IMG/VR virus record: IMGVR_UViG_3300042337_000526
Coordinates: 53,744 to 117,743 of that record
Length of the DNA: 64,000 nucleotides
Direction: 5' to 3' (one strand)
Origin: a virus
Shown here: positions 63,511-64,000 of the stretch, in pieces
How positions within the stretch are numbered: the first letter of the stretch is position 1
Layout: every line of letters starts with the position of its first letter
The notes under the pieces: generated by a model
Told to the model about the DNA's origin: nothing
Database searches by the model: none
What the model saw: only the letters and a program-made list of their open reading frames with translations
Position numbers and translations under genes: made by a program

Positions 63511-64000
63511 GTGATAATAACATATTTTAGAAGCAGTTCATACAATACACACTCCATGTGTGAGCAACAATATTTTGCTGAATATGTTTTGGGGTGGAGA
63601 GGTCCGTCTGGTCAAAAAGCAGACAAAGGAACAATCACGCATAAAATATTAGAGATTCTAGCAGTCATAAAGAAAGCTGAGCAAGACAATCAAAATACAA
63701 TAAATGACGATTTAATTGGAGACATTGACGTTAAGAATTATGACTTAGATTCGATCATAGACACGGTATACACATACTATACAAATAATACTCAGCATCA
63801 TAAGTGGACACCAAAAGATCTCAGAGATTGTAAAAATTGGACATATAAAGCCATAGAATTTAATAATGGAATGTTTGATCCTAGAAATAGGAACATACTC
63901 ATGCCAGAGCAACACTTTGATTTTGAAATAAATAAACCATGGGCTAAATATTCATATAATATGGACGGTCAAGAAATTAGTGGCAACTTAGCACTAAAAG
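63511..64000 (+). CDS. 3'-truncated PD-(D/E)XK (RecB/Cas4-like) exonuclease (absent from ORF track)
   Basis: GTG after RBS aagga; hand translation MIITYFRSSSYNTHSMCEQQYFAEYVLG...ADKGTITHKILE...PEQHF...LALK; frame open to the window end. Confidence 0.75.
   Translation, partial: MIITYFRSSSYNTHSMCEQQYFAEYVLGWRGPSGQKADKGTITHKILEILAVIKKAEQDNQNTINDDLIGDIDVKNYDLDSIIDTVYTYYTNNTQHHKWTPKDLRDCKNWTYKAIEFNNGMFDPRNRNILMPEQHFDFEINKPWAKYSYNMDGQEISGNLALK

Noticed and set aside
1-64000. Alternative genetic code (TAG or TGA readthrough), as in some large phages
   Set aside because: Conserved proteins are full length under code 11, and TAG/TGA fall exactly at expected C-termini (nrdJ CAGGACLL-TAG, dCMP deaminase TGA).
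1-64000. tRNA, rRNA or structured ncRNA genes
   Set aside because: Intergenic gaps are nearly all under about 160 nt and I saw no T-loop (GTTCRA) cloverleaf; a tRNAscan/Infernal run would be needed to exclude them fully.
1-64000. Eukaryotic giant virus (NCLDV) origin, suggested by GT clusters, RCC1 and leishmanolysin
   Set aside because: Shine-Dalgarno sites, overlapping operons, sigma70-type factor, DnaB/DnaG/RecA and a rho-independent terminator indicate a bacterial-host phage.
63511-64000. Cas4 as a sign of a CRISPR locus
   Set aside because: Truncated PD-(D/E)XK nuclease in a replication operon, a common phage exonuclease context; no array or other cas genes.

Overview
A gene-dense, very AT-rich 64-kb segment that reads as part of a large tailed dsDNA bacteriophage genome (standard code 11, Shine-Dalgarno starts, overlapping stop/start codons, its own sigma70-type factor, RecA/UvsX, DnaB, DnaG, class II RNR, PhoH). 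No capsid, portal or terminase gene is recognisable here, so phage identity and host are inferences; several secreted proteins hint at a Planctomycetota host. Layout: (1) 1-13.2 kb, giant Thr/Pro-repeat (mucin-like) putative virion proteins with FN3, leishmanolysin-like protease, Asp-box propeller, RCC1 and LamG modules; (2) 13.2-14.9 kb, trypsin- and subtilisin-like proteases; (3) 14.8-22.2 kb, the only minus-strand block, with GDP-fucose synthase, fucosyltransferase-like genes and a GT60 polypeptide/Skp1-type GlcNAc transferase; (4) 22.3-31 kb, macrodomain, more glycosyltransferases, a methyltransferase and GMP reductase; (5) 31-37.3 kb, degenerate bacterioferritin, PAP2 phosphatase, sigma factor, ClpP-like protease and catalytically dead DeoC; (6) 37.4-45.1 kb, short putatively late units with structural, holin-like and membrane proteins plus Ig-trypsin and papain-like proteases; (7) 45.1-51.4 kb, a third glycosyltransferase cluster; (8) 51.4-64 kb, nucleotide metabolism, recombination and replication. 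Main hypothesis: a phage-encoded mucin-type O-glycosylation system (GT60 initiator, GDP-fucose, several fucosyltransferases) acting on PTVT-repeat stalks of its own virion proteins. Also notable: six proteases from several catalytic classes and a recurring GGTGTA-(A/T-rich) putative late promoter. No tRNA, rRNA, CRISPR array or IS element was seen. All family assignments come from motifs recognised by eye, not from database searches.
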